A stretch of DNA of 64,000 nucleotides from Leucoraja erinacea (Eukaryota): positions 32,302,001-32,366,000 of the forward strand of contig NC_073396.1 in the NCBI RefSeq assembly GCF_028641065.1. The letters run 5' to 3'. Shown here piece after piece: positions 12,740 through 24,239 of the stretch (position 1 is its first letter; each line of letters opens with the position of its first letter). The position numbers and the translations under genes are program-made. A model generated the notes under the pieces. That model searched no databases, was not told the DNA's origin, and saw nothing but the letters and a program-made list of their open reading frames with translations.

Positions 12740-13200
12740 ATGTGACCTTTGGCAGACAAAGTCCGTGCTGTCCATCAATCATTGTTCACACTCACACTTT
12801 CTCATTCACTCCCTACACACTAAGTGCATGTTTTTTACAGAGGTCAATTAACCTACAAACTTGCACATCTTTGGGATGTGGGAGGAAATCGGGGCACCCG
12901 AGGGAAACCCACGTGGTCACAGGGGAAACCTGCAGATTCCATACAGACAGCACCCGAGGTCAGGATCGAACCTAAAGAGCCTGTCCCACGGGCGTCATTT
13001 GCGCGTCACGCAGATGGCGTGCAAAGATTTTGTACATCCCAAAATCCCAAGGGGCGCGTCACTGCCTACGTCACCATGCACGCATCGCGCATTGTGACGC
13101 GTAAATGATGTTGCGTAAATGACACTCAAATGACGCCCAAGTGGGACAGGCCCTTGAGTCTCTGGCACTGTGAGGCAGTGGCTCTACCAGCTGCACCACT
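12740..13200 (-). mobile_element. tRNA-derived SINE interrupted by a MITE
   Basis: Same SINE family, reversed; split at 12973-13157. Confidence 0.7.
12976..13154. mobile_element. PIF/Harbinger-type MITE
   Basis: TIRs AG(A/G)GCCTGTCCCAC..GGGCGTCATTTG at both ends; 3-bp TAA/TGA flanks. Confidence 0.75.
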
Positions 13201-13519
13201 CTTGGATCCTCGGCTCTGTCGTATTAACTGTTTTCACCACTGAAATAATATTGCAATTGGATAACTTTGCAGCAGAACTGCTCAATCGTCTGAAAATGAT
13301 GAATGTGGTTTTCCAGTTCCTGAAACTATAAGGTTGAGCTTTGTTACAATAGTGTAGGAGGCCACAGATAGGTCAGTGGGAGTAGGATAGAGAATTAAAC
13401 AGACGGGCAACTGGCTCAGGGTCACCCCCAAGCTGCTTTAGGTTTTTCCAATGTATGGCAGACAGCATCAGTGCAGTAAAATAAGTCATGTAAATAGGTC
13501 ATGTAATAGGTCATGTAAT

Positions 13520-13792
13520 AGGGGATGTGAAAAACATTTTTCACACAGAGAGTGGTAAATCTCTGAAACTCTCTGCCACAGAGGGTAGTTGAGGCAAGTT
13601 AATTTGCTATATTTAAGAGGGAGTTAGATGTGGCCTTTGTGGCTAGAGGGATCAGGGGGTATGGAGAGAAGGCAGGTACAGGATACTGAGTTGGATGATC
13701 AGTCATGATCATATTGAATGGCGGTGCAGGCTCGAAGGGCCCGAATGGCCTACTCCTGCACCTATTTTCTATGTATCTATGTATCTATGTAA
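13520..13792 (+). mobile_element. CR1 LINE 3' fragment
   Basis: Closely matches the 3' end of the CR1 at 18621-19784; (CTATGTAT)n tail. Confidence 0.8.
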
Positions 13793-14467
13793 TTGGAAAC
13801 TAATGTGCCAAGAAAAGGACACATTGCGTTGGGGAAAGGTGAAGGCTGGAGAATATTGAGGAGGATAGAGAATTAAACAGACGATCATGTGATCTCGATG
13901 AACTAATGCCGATATTTATTTGATGATGCCATGCATCTCACAGGTCAGTGGGAAATGCTGTTTGGGGCACTAGATTTCTGTGCAACTTGCAGTTATGTGG
14001 TTGTTCAGCATAAAACTGGATTACAGGTGCAGGAGGAGCAGCTTGGTCTGTGCTGGACAACTGTGGAGGGTGATTTTCTTTTGTAAAAGGATAAACAAAT
14101 ACTATGGACAGACAGGGTGACGATTCTGGTCGGGACCCTGCTTCAGAAACATCGCCTATCTATCTTCTCTGGGGATGCTGCTTGACCTGCCGAGTTATTC
14201 CATCACTTTGTGTCTTTTTTTGTAAACCAGCACTTGCAGTTCTTTGTTTCGACCATGGGCTGGCAGGGAAAAGTGTTTTGTTGAATTCCTGACCAGATTT
14301 TTCTCAACAGCAGATGAACATTTTAACATGATGTCCACTCACCCTGATGTCTGATTGAAGTCTCCTGCGCACGTGCTTATTTAGCCAAATGAACCAAAGG
14401 CGGATTGGAGAAACTGTCTTTCCATTGCTCAGTTCCTTGTTACTAACACTTTGGGTTTGACACGCAG

Positions 14468-14579
14468 TGACGTGAAGATCCCAGTGTGGCGCTGGCAGCA
14501 GGTGATGACCTTCATGCTGGCCAACACCATCTGCTGTGTGGTCGTCTCCGGCCTTCTCAATATAGTGGACAGCAGACAG
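14468..14579 (+). CDS. copy A exon 12
   Basis: acgcAG / GTAAGA, 112 nt, DVKIPVWRWQQVMTFMLANTICCVVVSGLLNIVDSRQ. Confidence 0.85.
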
Positions 14580-14808
14580 GTAAGAGGCTCACTTTGAGGC
14601 AAAGGTAAATAGAGTGAATATTGAAAAGGAATGTACACTTTTCGTCATTAAACGGTGCCACAGGATGATCATGAGACTACTGCAAAATGGAAACATGCGC
14701 TGGAATCATTTGTTTCAAGTTCTGAAGACATGTTGGTGTGGGGTTCTGCTCACGTTACTGGCCTCTTATGGAGCTGTAGTCTGACTCGGATGCTGACCTT
14801 TTATCTCA

Positions 14809-15379
14809 AGAAGTGTTCAAGAAGGAACTGCAGATGCTGGAAAATCGAAAGTAGACAAAAATGCTGGAGAAACTCAGCGGGTGCGGCAGCATCTATGGAG
14901 TGAAGGAAATAGGCAACGTTTCGGGCCAAAACCCTTCTTCAGACTGATGCAGGGTGTGGGGGGGGGAAGAAGAAAGGAAGAGGAGGAGCCAGAGGGCTGA
15001 GGGAGAGCTGAGAAGGGGAGGAGACAGCAAGGGCTATCGGAAATTGGAGAAGTCACTGTTTATGCCACTAGGGTACAGACTGCCCAGGCGGAATATGAGG
15101 TGCTGCTCCTCCAGTTTCCGGTGTTGCTCACTCTGGCAATGGAGGAGGCCCACAACAGAAAGCTTGAACATTGACTTCTCCAATGTCCGGTAGCCCTTGC
15201 TGTCTCCTCCCCTTCTCAGCTCTCCCTCAACCCTCTGGCTCCTCCTCTTCCTTTCTTCTTCCCCCCCCCCCCCCCCACCCTGCATCAGTCTGAAGAAGGG
15301 TTTCGGCCCAAAACGTTGCCCATTTCCTTCGCTCCATAGATGCTGCCGCACCCGCTGAGTTTCTCCAGCAATTTTGGCT
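14809..15379. mobile_element. Inverted Penelope-like element remnant with GIY-YIG endonuclease C-terminus
   Basis: ~215-bp inverted arms (14849-15061 / 15167-15383); minus frame encodes GLLHCQSEQHRKLEEQHLIFRLGSLYPSGINSDFSNFR*; direct repeat ACCTTTTATCTCA at 14796-14808 and 15380-15392. Confidence 0.8.
14915..14942 (-). ncRNA. Minimal hammerhead ribozyme core (PLE-associated)
   Basis: CUGAAGA-A-GGG(UUUUGG)CCC-GAAAC-GUU. Confidence 0.6.
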
Positions 15380-15817
15380 ACCTTTTATCTCAGAGTTATG
15401 GGTAGAAATCGAACTATGGAAGGTGGAGGGAATGAATTTGGATAATTTGTCTTGATTCAGTTCTTTTTGGTCACCAGTGTCACTCGCAACCATTGAGGTT
15501 GTGGGGAAATACAAATGCTACATTGCAGAGTCACTTCGGTTTGTACACAGAGTGGATAGAGATTTACTCTGCACAGCTCTTCTGCATCCTATCTCGAAGA
15601 CAAGACAACGTTTCCCTTGATTTTGTTTCACTTTTTTCCCCCTTATTAACCTTTCTTTACCTTTCCGCTCCCTCTGCTTTTCTTTCTCTTACTTTAAGCC
15701 GAACGGTGTCACCTTTCCTAATTCATATATTTATTTGTTCTCAATTGTCTAACCATTTCTTTTAAAATGTCAACAGCTCCAAGTGAAAATGACATTTCAT
15801 TCCCTCTCTGCTTCCAG

Positions 15818-15934
15818 GATAACATTTTGAACAAAACCACCAAGCATTCTGAAGCTACAAAAGAGGAAAATCAAGAACCATCAGAGACATCCTCTCTGCT
15901 AACAGATAGCAGCAATGAAAACATAATTAATTGA
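15818..15934 (+). CDS. copy A terminal exon 13
   Basis: ttccAG acceptor; DNILNKTTKHSEATKEENQEPSETSSLLTDSSNENIIN*. Confidence 0.8.
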   Translation, partial: DNILNKTTKHSEATKEENQEPSETSSLLTDSSNENIIN

Positions 15935-17935
15935 AGAATAATTTGAAAGTCAGTGCAGCAGATTTGGAGAGAAAATGGACCAAATGCCATGCCTTTTTTT
16001 AAAAACTGAAGTTGTTCTGCCAGTATGATCATTTGTCAAATGCCAATCATCTCAAACAAATAATGGTTTCTAACTGAACTCGAGACAATCTTCTTACAGT
16101 TTGGGTGTTTGCACTCTATGTTCCTGAATATTGTAATTTGTTCAATTTCACATTGTGTCTGCATGTTGTTCAATAGTCCTGCAGTCACCGACTCACGCGA
16201 GCTACTAGTTTGACATCTACTGAAAGAGAGATTAAAGCTAAACCCCAATACCCGCAGACTGTTGTGAAGCAAACTGGAATAGAGCTGTTCAATCTTTGCA
16301 AATACTGAATGCAGGCCATTGCTTCTATTTCAGACTGGATAATAATACTTGCCAATATCTATATTAAAGATACATGCAGAAATCAGAATGACTCTGATAA
16401 TGAAATTGTTTTCTTAATTCTGTTTAAGGAACCAAGAATTGATCTCATTGGGTTAGGGGAATAACAATTAATTTTTAAACTTTAGTATAAAAATGCTTTT
16501 TCTTATTATAGATTAGTTGCTGGGATTGTGATAGATAGATATAGATATGCCATTTATTGTCACTATACATGTACAATGAAATTAAAAGCTGCTCGTACTC
16601 AGTGCATACATATAATTTAGTACAAAAAACAAGAAACAGAAAACAAAAACAGAAGGGGGAAGGGGGGGATAGGTGCACAATTCTGCGGCGCTATATACAT
16701 ATATACAGATGGAAGTCCGGGTGTTGGGCTGTGAAGTCAGTGCATGTGTGAATTAAGAGTAGTTATAATTTTCGGAAAACAACTATTCCTGAGTCTATTT
16801 GTCCTGGATTTGATGCACCTATAGCGCCTTCCAGAGGGCAGCAGGTCGAACAGGTGTATCAGATTTTCAATGCTCTTTCACATTTCCCCTGAAGTAATTG
16901 GTGACCTGCTTCTTAAACCAATACAATTCACCTGGACAAACTATTTCCACAGAATTATTAGGGTGTTTGTGGATTTGATCTGATGATTAAAAGAACAGCA
17001 ATATATTAACAAGTGAGAATTAGGTTTTAAAATGGATGGGTTACATGTGAATGGTCTACTGCTTTATTCTTCAAAGTTACAAAAAATGCTGGTTTGGTGG
17101 GTAGTAATTGATGAGGTGTAACTTGGCCCAATAATGGGCTGCTTTGTCAGGAATTATGTTGAGTTCTTCTGGGGTTGTTGGCACCATTTTGGAGGATGTG
17201 AAGTCCACAACCAATATAATTTAGAGAAACAGCAACCTTCGGCCCACTGAGTCTATATTAATCAACGATCACCCGTGCACTCATTCTCTGTTATCCCAGT
17301 TTTGCATCCCACACACCACACACCAATGTGGAATGTGGGAGGAAACTGGGGCACCTGGAGAAAACCCACCTGGTCACAGGGAAATGTGCAAACTCTGTAC
17401 ACAAAATGCTAGAGTAACTCAGTGGGACAGGCTGCATCTCTGGAGAAAATGAATGGGAAACGTTTCAGGTCGGCATCTTTCTTCAGATCCCGCTTGGGTA
17501 GCTTACACCTAATGGTACGAACATTAAATCCTCCAGCTTCCCCCAGCCCAACTCTGGTGTGTTCCCATGTCCCCCACCATCTCCCAACACTCCAGTCATT
17601 CTGCTCCTTTCGCCTCCTTTGTACACTCATCTGCCATCCCAGAGTCCCATATTTCCAATTTATTCTCCCTTCCTTCACACCCCCCCCCCCCTTATCCCCT
17701 TCCCTCCAGTTTTACATTTAACTCCTCCTGACACCCTTCTGTCTCCTTTTCACAGCCGATGTTTGTCACTTAATTCATTAATCTGCCAATCCATCCCTCC
17801 CCCCACCAGTATGCACCTATCCATGGCCGTCCGTACCTCCCCTTTTTCCCCCAGAATAAGAAAAAATCCCGAGGGGAACAAATTGTTTTTTTTTAATCGG
17901 GGGGAAAAAAAAAATTCGGAAAAAAAATATCTGTT

Positions 17936-18110
17936 TGGGCCCACGCCACCCCCGCTTGGGCCCACGCCACCCCCGCTGGGCCCACACCACCTCACTGTGC
18001 CCAAGCCACCCCCGCTGAGCCCACACCACCCCCGCTGACCCCCACTGGGCCTACGCAACCTCCTCTGACCCCACTGGACCCCCGCCGACCCCCACTGGGC
18101 CCACGCCACC
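17936..18110. repeat. GC-rich minisatellite, ~20-bp unit (TGGGCCCACGCCACCCCCGC)
   Basis: About 8 progressively degenerate tandem units. Confidence 0.8.
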
Positions 18111-18489
18111 TTCACCTTCAACCCCCCCTCCGGCAGAAAGTGGGGGGGGAGATGTGGGAGTGGGAGATGGGAAGGGAAGAGGGAAAGGGGGATTATTTTT
18201 CGTGATTGCAAAATTAAGTTAGGTTTTAGAGCTATTATATTTTCTCCATATGAATAATTTTAAACAATATCAAATAATATCAAACAAATGGAACTGCTTT
18301 CTTTTCCTTGATAATAATACTGAAAAATATGAATTCCATAGTTTGTGACATAAATATTCATTTTAATGGGATCATTATATACAGATGTAACATTTCCATT
18401 TCGAGATCGGGGAGGGGGGGGGTGGGGGTGGGTGGTGGAGGCAAATATGCTTCAAGCCGATAGCCTAATCGTTAAAGAGTTAAAAGATA

Positions 18490-20660
18490 GCCTAATCGAT
18501 AAAGAGCTGAGAAGAGGAATCGGAGCTGCCATGGAAGGCACTCTGAGAAGTTGAGGAGCAAGTTCTGAAGACTCTTCTTCAGTTTGGAAGGGCATGCAAG
18601 AAATCACCAGCTTTAAGAGGTCCCACATAAAAAATTAGTATACAAACTTAAAGCACAAGGCATTGGGGGTTCAGTATTGATGTGGATAGAGAACTGGCTG
18701 GCAAACAGGAAGCAAAGAGTAGGAGTAAACGGGTCCTTTTCACAATGGCAGGCAGTGACTAGTGGGGTACCCCAAGGCTCAGTACTGGGACCCCAGCTAT
18801 TTACAATATATATTAATGATCTGGATGAGGGAATTGAAGGCAATATCTCCAAGTTTGCGGATGACACTAAGCTGGGGGGCAGTGTTAGCTGTGAGGAGGA
18901 TGCTAGGAGACTGCAGGGTGACTTGGATAGGCTGGGTGAGTGGGCAAATGTTTGGCAGATGCAGTATAATGTGGATAAATGTGAGGTTATCCGTTTTGGT
19001 GTCAAAAACAGGAAAGCAGACTATTATCTAAATGGTGGCCGATTGGGAAAGGGGGAGATGCAGCGAGACCTGGGTGTCATGGTACACCAGTCATTGAAGG
19101 TAGGCATGCAGGTGCAGCAGGCAGTAAAGAAAGCAAATGGTATGTTAGCTTTCATTGCAAAAGGATTTGAGTATAGGAGCAGAGAGGTTCTACTGCAGTT
19201 GTACAGGGTCTTGGTGAGACCACACCTGGAGTATTGCGTACAGTTTTGGTCTCCAAATCTGAGGAAGGACATTATTGCCATAGAGGGAGTGCAGAGACGG
19301 TTCACCAGACTGATTCCTGGGATGTCAGGACTGTCTTATGAAGAAAGACTGGATAGACTTGATTTATACTCTCTAGAAGTTAGAAGATTGAGAGGGGATC
19401 TTATAGAAACTTACAAAATTCTTAAGGGGTTGGACAGGCTAGATGCAGGAAGATTGTTCCCGATGTTAGGGAAGTCCAGGACAAGGGGTCACAGCTTAAG
19501 GATAAAGGGGAAATCCTTTAAAACCGAGATGAGAAGAACTTTTTTCACGCAGAGAGTGGTGAATCTCTGGAACTCTCTGCCACAGAGGGTAGTTGAGGCC
19601 ACTTCATTGGCTATATTTAAGAGGGAGTTAGATGTGGCCCTTGTGGCTAAGGGGATCAGGGGGTATGGAGAGAAGGCAGGTACGGGATACTGAGTTGGAT
19701 GATCAGCCATGATCATATTGAATGGCGGTGCAGGCTCGAAGGGCCGAATGGCCTACTCCTGCACCTAATTTCTATGTTTCTATGTAAGAGGAAAGCCCCC
19801 CGCTCTTTGGACAATCGTCAGCTGACGAATGGCCTGAATGAGTTTTACTGCAGGTTTGAAAATCAGAAACGTAACCCTGGTACCCCCTCCCCAACAAACA
19901 CAGCCAGACCCCAGTCGGTAAAGAATGGACCCTGCAGCCCTCTCCTTCCCATTCACCACCTCACACCTACTTAAGGCAAGACTCCAGTAATGAAAAGAGT
20001 GGATCCTTTCCCACCCCCACCAACACTTCACACCCAATTACTCATTTTTAACCAGTACCTGCAAAGATGCACTGTCCCTGCCTGCTTCAAAGTCTCCACT
20101 ATTGTCCCTGTACCCAAAAAGGTAAGGATTACTGGTCTTAATGACTACAGGCTTGTCGCACTGACCTCTGAGTCATGGAGACTGTTGAAGGGCTTGTGCT
20201 GGCCAAGCTGAAAAATATCACAATCCCTCTGCTGGACCCTCTGCATTTTGCATATTGGGCCAATAGATCTGTGGATGATGCAGTCAATCTGGGCCTACAC
20301 TTCATCCTCCAGCACCTAGACCGCCAGGGGACCTATGCGAGGGTTTTGTTTGTTGATTTTAGCTCTGCATTCAACACCATTGTGCCAGAGCTACTACGCT
20401 CCAAACTTTCTGAGTTGACTGTGCCTGAACCCCTCTATCGGTGGATCACCAGCTTTCTGACTGACAGGAAGCAGCATGTGAGGCGGGAAAGCATATCTCG
20501 GATCTGCAAACGCTCAGCATAGGAGCATCGCAAGATGCGTACTCTCCCCTCTCCTCTACTCTCGCCACACCAATGACTGCACCTCCACAGACATCTCTGT
20601 CAAGCTTCTCAAGTTTGCGGACAACACAACACTGATTGGACCGATCTAGGATGGGGATCT
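18490..20660 (+). mobile_element. Rex1/Babar-type non-LTR retrotransposon RT fragment (host of a nested CR1)
   Basis: Frameshifted peptides [62 protein letters not shown]. Confidence 0.8.
18621..19784 (+). mobile_element. Young 5'-truncated CR1 LINE (RT C-terminal half, uninterrupted 338-aa ORF 18677-19693)
   Basis: GVPQGSVLGP, KFADDTKL, LVRPHLEYCVQFWSP; (CTATGTTT) tail; TSD TAAGAGG at 18614-18620 and 19785-19791. Confidence 0.92.
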
Positions 20661-21689
20661 CTGTACTCTTTTCAATTTGACATCTTCCCTATAACATGGT
20701 GCCCAGAACTGAACACAATATTCTAAATGCGGTCTCACCAAAGTCTTATACAACTGCAACATGACCTCACAACTTCTGTACTCAATACTCTGACTGATGA
20801 AGGCCAAAATGCCAAAATACGTTTTGACCACCTGATATACCTGCGACACGACCTTCAAGGAACCATGCAACCATCAACCATTCCTCTGCCCACCTGGCTA
20901 ATTGATCCAGATCCTGCTGCAATCTTTCACAACCATCTTCACTATATGCAAGACCACTCACATTTGTATCATCAGCAAACTTGCTAATCTTGCCCTGTTC
21001 TGTGACGTTTCACAGAGTGCTGGAGTAACTCAGCGGGTCAGGCAGAGTATGGAGGTTGGGAGGTCATGTTGCAGTTGCATAAGAAGGTGGTGAGTCCGCA
21101 TTCAGAGTATTGTGTTCAGTTCTGGGCACCATGTTATAGGAAAGATGTCATCTGTGACATGTCATCTATCCATGTTCTCCATAGATGCTGCCTGACCTGC
21201 TGAGTTACTCCAGCATTCTGTGAAACGTCGCCTATTCATATTCTCCGCAGATGCTGCCTGACCCACTGAGTTACTCCAGCACTTTGTGTCTATTTTCCCT
21301 TCACCCATCTGCCCAAGCCCACTCTCCCCCCTCCCTTCCTATGTTCCTTTCCACCCATTAACTTCTCTCTGCCTTTACATTTCACTCCTCTTTCAAATCT
21401 GCTCTACTTATCTACATTCATTTTTCTTCTTAACGTTTTAGCCATTGAATGATGCAGTGTGGAAACAAGCCCTTCAGCCAAACTTGCCCACACCGACCAA
21501 CATCTCCCATCTAAACTAGTCCCACTCGCACGCGTTTGGCCCATATCCATCTAAATCTGTTCTATCCATGTACGTGTCTAAATGTCTCTTAAACATTAGG
21601 ATAGTCCCAGCCTTAACTACCTCCTCTGGCAGCTCGTTCCACACACCCAGCACCCTTTGTGTGAAAAAGCTACCTCTCAGATTCCTGTT

Positions 21690-21933
21690 AATTTCTGAAA
21701 TATTGGACATAAATTTGGTGCAAAAATGTTCCAAAATAAGGCTCAGGATGCATCAGAGAGCATCTAAAACCCCAGAGCTTCCAGGGCCCTTAAGAGGGCC
21801 CTGGACCCTGGCATCGAGGGACTTCACGCTTCGCGCTCGTGATGTGCGCAGCGCGTACATTATTTCACATTAAGTTTTTTGTAATCCTGTCGTGCCACCC
21901 ACCCCCCTTTTTGAAAAGCTTCGTACGGGCCTG
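21690..21933. mobile_element. One end of a hAT-like non-autonomous DNA transposon
   Basis: CpG-rich block ending GCTTCGTACGGGCCTG (reverse complement CAGGCCCGTACG); partner TIR not found. Confidence 0.35.
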
Positions 21934-22070
21934 GTATAATTTGCCAGGCATTGGCTGCCCTCACCTCTCTTACCCAGCTTTATCTCCCCTACTCCAATCA
22001 ATCTCAAGAATGGCAGTGTGACTGGCTTGATTATAATCATGTATTGTCTTTCCGCTAGCTGATTAGCACG

Positions 22071-22333
22071 AAAGGGGAGATGTGATGTAATTAAAGTGAA
22101 GGGGGAAATGTGATGTATATGTAATATAAATGCCAGCGCCCCTTGAGGCCAAAAGCAGAAGCAGGCAAATGTGCCTGTGCCTCGTGCCTGAGGTCAGGTG
22201 ACCTTCTGGAAGTTTCCGTTGGTTGTTCAGATTAAATCTTTCTTACAAGGTGGAGGACGTGTATTCATTGTGCTGGTCACAACCAACGCTCTAAGATCTT
22301 TGGTCACAACAGAGTCTTACAGCAGACATTACA
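22071..22333 (+). mobile_element. Solo LTR-like insertion with attached polypurine tract
   Basis: AAAGGGGAGA + TGT...ACA, TATAAA and ATTAAA inside; 4-bp TSD CACG; splits a LINE 3' tail. Confidence 0.6.
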
Positions 22334-24239
22334 CACGCAACAAAAGCTTTTCATTGTACCTCGGTACACATGACAATAAACTAAACTAATCTAGAATGGA
22401 CTAGCCCCTGTTGCTTTTCACAGAATTGTTAGTGTCATTGTGCACGTTTAAGGAATTTCTATCATTAATCAACCATAATTAGCAGTTGAAAAACAAGGTT
22501 TCCAAAGTTTGGAGTTACCAAAGGAATGGGGCTGGATATATTCAAGAAAGTACGTTTACTTGAATTTGGTGAACGATTTGCATGTAGCACTGAGATCACA
22601 GTGCAGGTTTTGGATTATATCACGGTGTTTATATCTGGAGATCTACACCCTGTGCAGCAGAGGACATGCCCCACCTCCTGTCTGTGGAGCTGGAAGCTGA
22701 ACTTAACCATTTGCATTCAGCAGCGATGCAGCTGCCGTCATGTTGCATGCCTCAGGGCCAGTGTGTAAACATGGCTGGGCAGAGGTTCCAGTTGCAAAGC
22801 CACACCCCTTTGTCAACACGAGCATCCGGAAGCTCAACAACACATGTCCTTGTCCACAATTGCTTCTTAGATTAAGTGACATTTTACAGGTGGAACCTGC
22901 GAAACTAAGTGTTATTTCATCCTTGCTTAACTCCTACCCTGTACTGTTCTAACTTACACATCTCCTCCTTCAAATCAGAGCATGGGGGACTGATCAAAGT
23001 CAGCAATAACAGTATCCTGCAGGGTACAGACTTTAGCTTGATGATCAATAATGGTGCCATATGAACCTTTGAAAAGATCAGTATGCTTTATAAAGAACCC
23101 ATCCAAACCTGAATGCACAATCCCTACACTGATTGTTGGTCAAGTTAAAGCACACTTTCCTTTATAAGCCCACATCTTAACACTGAACGGTGCTTGTACT
23201 TTGCCACAACACTAGTTCTGTGCGTTGCTCATCGCAGAGCCCTGCACCTTGGAACGTGCAAATCACCATTGACACTGGAAGAAAGGCAGGTTTGGATGGA
23301 GCAAAGTGCATCCTTCACTGAGTTAATCATCCTCCAGCAAGAGCAGAGAATAGAGCAGGGTCCTGCATCTACACAGCTGCACAAGATGAATCTCAACGGG
23401 TCTAACTTACCAGGTGCACGGCAGGGAGCATATTGGCTGGTTGCATCACAGCCTTGTTTAACAACTCGAATGCCCAGGAATAAGTAGTGGACACTGCTCG
23501 TTCCATCACCGGTACTGACCTTTGCACAATTGAAGGGATCCAAAAGAGGCATTGCCTCAAAAGAGCAGCACGTATCATCAAGGACCCACACCTCCCTGGC
23601 AATGCTCTCATTTAACTCCTGCCATCAGCAAGTAGGTATAAGAGTCTGAAAATTGTGACCTTTAGATTCAGGAACACCTTTTTCACAATGGCCGTCAGGC
23701 TATTGAACACTGCAAATACCAACTAAATTCCAAACTACGAACCCGCTTTGTTGCACTAGGGATTTGGTTTTTATTTTACATTAATATCGTTTTTTATTAA
23801 ACTTTTTTGCTTGTTTTTATTATGTTATCTATTCAGTGCTATCAGACAGGTTGTGCTGCTAAAAGTACAAATGTCATTGTTCCTTTTCGATACATATGAC
23901 AATTAAATGCTCTTGACCACTGCGTTCAATTCCAGACTTTCTTGGCAAATGTGTATTCCCAAAGTAGATGGAATGGTGCCCGATTCCTGGTGTGGCTGCA
24001 TCAAGCGGTGGGACAGAGTCCTGTTGATGAATCAGGCAGGGTGTGCCCTTTTCACCACCACCCCCATCCAGACAGTCCGATCTAAACTGAAGCTTGGCAG
24101 AAGTGGCTACCGATGCTGGTAGTTGGAGCGAGAATGGGGGACTGCTGGAGGAATGGCAGCATCTAGGAAGGGTGATGGTTATGTTTGAAAGCAAAGATCC
24201 TCTATAATCTTTGTTTGAAAGGGTAGAGGGGACATAGCC

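Larger units (their letters stand above)
1020..15934 (+). pseudogene. MFSD1-like lysosomal MFS transporter, copy A (exons 4-13 in window); probable recent pseudogene or null allele
   Basis: Ten GT-AG exons collinear with copy B: 1020-1083, 2473-2616, 4548-4706, 5852-5967, 6229-6329, 7851-7962, 9567-9704, 9961-10100, 14468-14579, 15818-15934 (TGA). Exon 4 is 64 nt versus 56 nt in copy B and has an in-frame TAA at 1072-1074. Exons 5-12 match copy B in length and phase; all downstream exons are open. Confidence 0.85.

Noticed and set aside
15290-15317. Active hammerhead in the right arm of the inverted PLE
   Set aside because: The catalytic G12 is mutated (CCCAAAAC instead of CCCGAAAC).
17936-18110. 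CRISPR-like array
   Set aside because: Head-to-tail tandem units without unique spacers, in a vertebrate context.
18677-19693. Longest ORF as a host gene
   Set aside because: It is the CR1 reverse transcriptase C-terminus with tail and TSD.
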